Part shown: in pieces, positions 62,641-64,000 of the stretch
Position numbering within the stretch: the first letter of the stretch is position 1
Layout of the letters: the number at the start of each line of letters is the position of its first letter
NCBI GenBank assembly: GCA_034780895.1
Contig: JAUZTB010000068.1
Location: 24,686,828-24,750,827 of the forward strand
Reading direction: 5' to 3'
Source: Rhynchobatus australiae
Taxonomy: Eukaryota
Length of the DNA: 64,000 bases
Translations under genes and position numbers: made by a program
The notes under the pieces: generated by a model
The model's database searches: none
What the model was told of the DNA's origin: nothing
What the model saw: the letters and a program-made list of their open reading frames with translations, nothing else

Positions 62641-64000
62641 AATAATCTGGAATAACTAGTACTGTGCTCCTGTTCCTAAGAATATCCAGGGTGCTTGATT
62701 TATTAAACATCAGATCTCATAAGGGAATATTAAGTACCATGTTAGTTCATGAGCTTTTTTCACTCTGCACTGTACCCAGAGAGAGCGGTTTCTCGTGCAC
62801 TAAAAACCTTGGTGGTCTCTCTTAACAAGTCTCAGTTTAGTCCCAATTTCCTTCTTCTGATCTTACTGAGGGATTGCTGCACAAGGCTGGATAAGCAAAC
62901 AACAGCCTGCTGAATGACAGAAAGGCAGGTTATCAATCAATACAAACAAGTTGCATGCCATGATGGAATCATACTCGATGACACACAAGATTAGGTCTGT
63001 TCCAGTCAGTTGTATTGAAGCAAATCCAACCATTGTTTCACTAAAACAAGGCCAGTTCAATCAATTTTTATTATTGTTATAAAAGCTACAGATATGAAAT
63101 AAGAAATATAAGTAGTAAAATAGCTGCAGGTTGATAATTAATCTATAATTATTGTTCTTTTTCTATCCCACACTGTTCCTGTACAGAGAATGCATGATAA
63201 AGCATGAATTTACTATTGAACGGTATCGGCAGCTCTATCCACATATATACTGATTATAAACATTATTTGTTGAACTAAGTTATAAGTGACCTAGAAATCT
63301 CCTGATCTGCAGTTCTTTGAAATCAGCTCCTGGCCATTAAACACAACACAAAGAAAAAGTACAATGGATGCAATTAATGTCTTATTTGATGACTTAAATG
63401 TTCAGTTTAAAAAGGTTAACTTTATCATTCTTGAAGATGCTTCTTTAACAAAAGAAGAAAAATGCTGTTATTTTGGAGACAGTGAGCATAATGTATTAAG
63501 GCCAAAGTTGAGCAAACTGCTTCAGATCATGGCTGTGACTACATAACCAATGTAAACAGTCAGACTCCAGCTGCCGCTGAAAGCTTAAAATGGCACCNNN
63601 NNNNNNNNNNNNNNNNNNNNNNNNNNNNNNNNNNNNNNNNNNNNNNNNNNNNNNNNNNNNNNNNNNNNNNNNTGTGTAAAAGTGGAAGGTGTGTGCATTG
63701 GACCAGAGGCTGTTTTGAATGCTAATAAAGCAGCTGCTCCTTCTGATCTTTACGCTGAAGGGAAAAAAAAAGAGATCATTTATTATTTAATATTTTGGTA
63801 CCTCTGCTGTGGGAAAGAGCAGCGTTTCTAACCCACTGAGTCTGGAAGGAATTGCTGCACATCTTCTCTGTGGAATATCCTTCTTTCATATTTATGCTGG
63901 TACTAAAGAGATTTAGATGGCTTTATGTTTTTCAACTATATCAGTGAATTATTTCAAGCAGTTGCATTTTCTCTTCTTTCAATAACACAAGCCGAAAATT

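Overview
Eukaryotic, AT-rich, gappy genomic DNA dominated by decayed retroelements typical of cartilaginous fishes. A batoid source is likely, inferred from repeat style only. No intact protein-coding gene is recognisable: every convincing ORF-track peptide is a transposon relic (CR1 RT/APE/ORF1 esterase, a second CR1/L2-type LINE, RTE, Tx1/L1 endonuclease, Penelope GIY-YIG, Harbinger Myb-like) or spans N gaps. The window looks intronic or intergenic. Notable items: a strong 16-nt microexon candidate (+, 18805-18820); Penelope-derived foldback elements with 14-15 bp target-site duplications and degenerate hammerhead-like cores; two ~250-bp-arm inverted repeats with ~0.5 kb spacers plus a third, shorter inverted duplication; a 29-bp hairpin; a solo LTR nested in a near-full-length CR1; and a Pbx-Hox/Meis enhancer-like motif cluster. 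I found no well-supported new multi-gene system. Repeat boundaries are approximate and identities were judged by eye.
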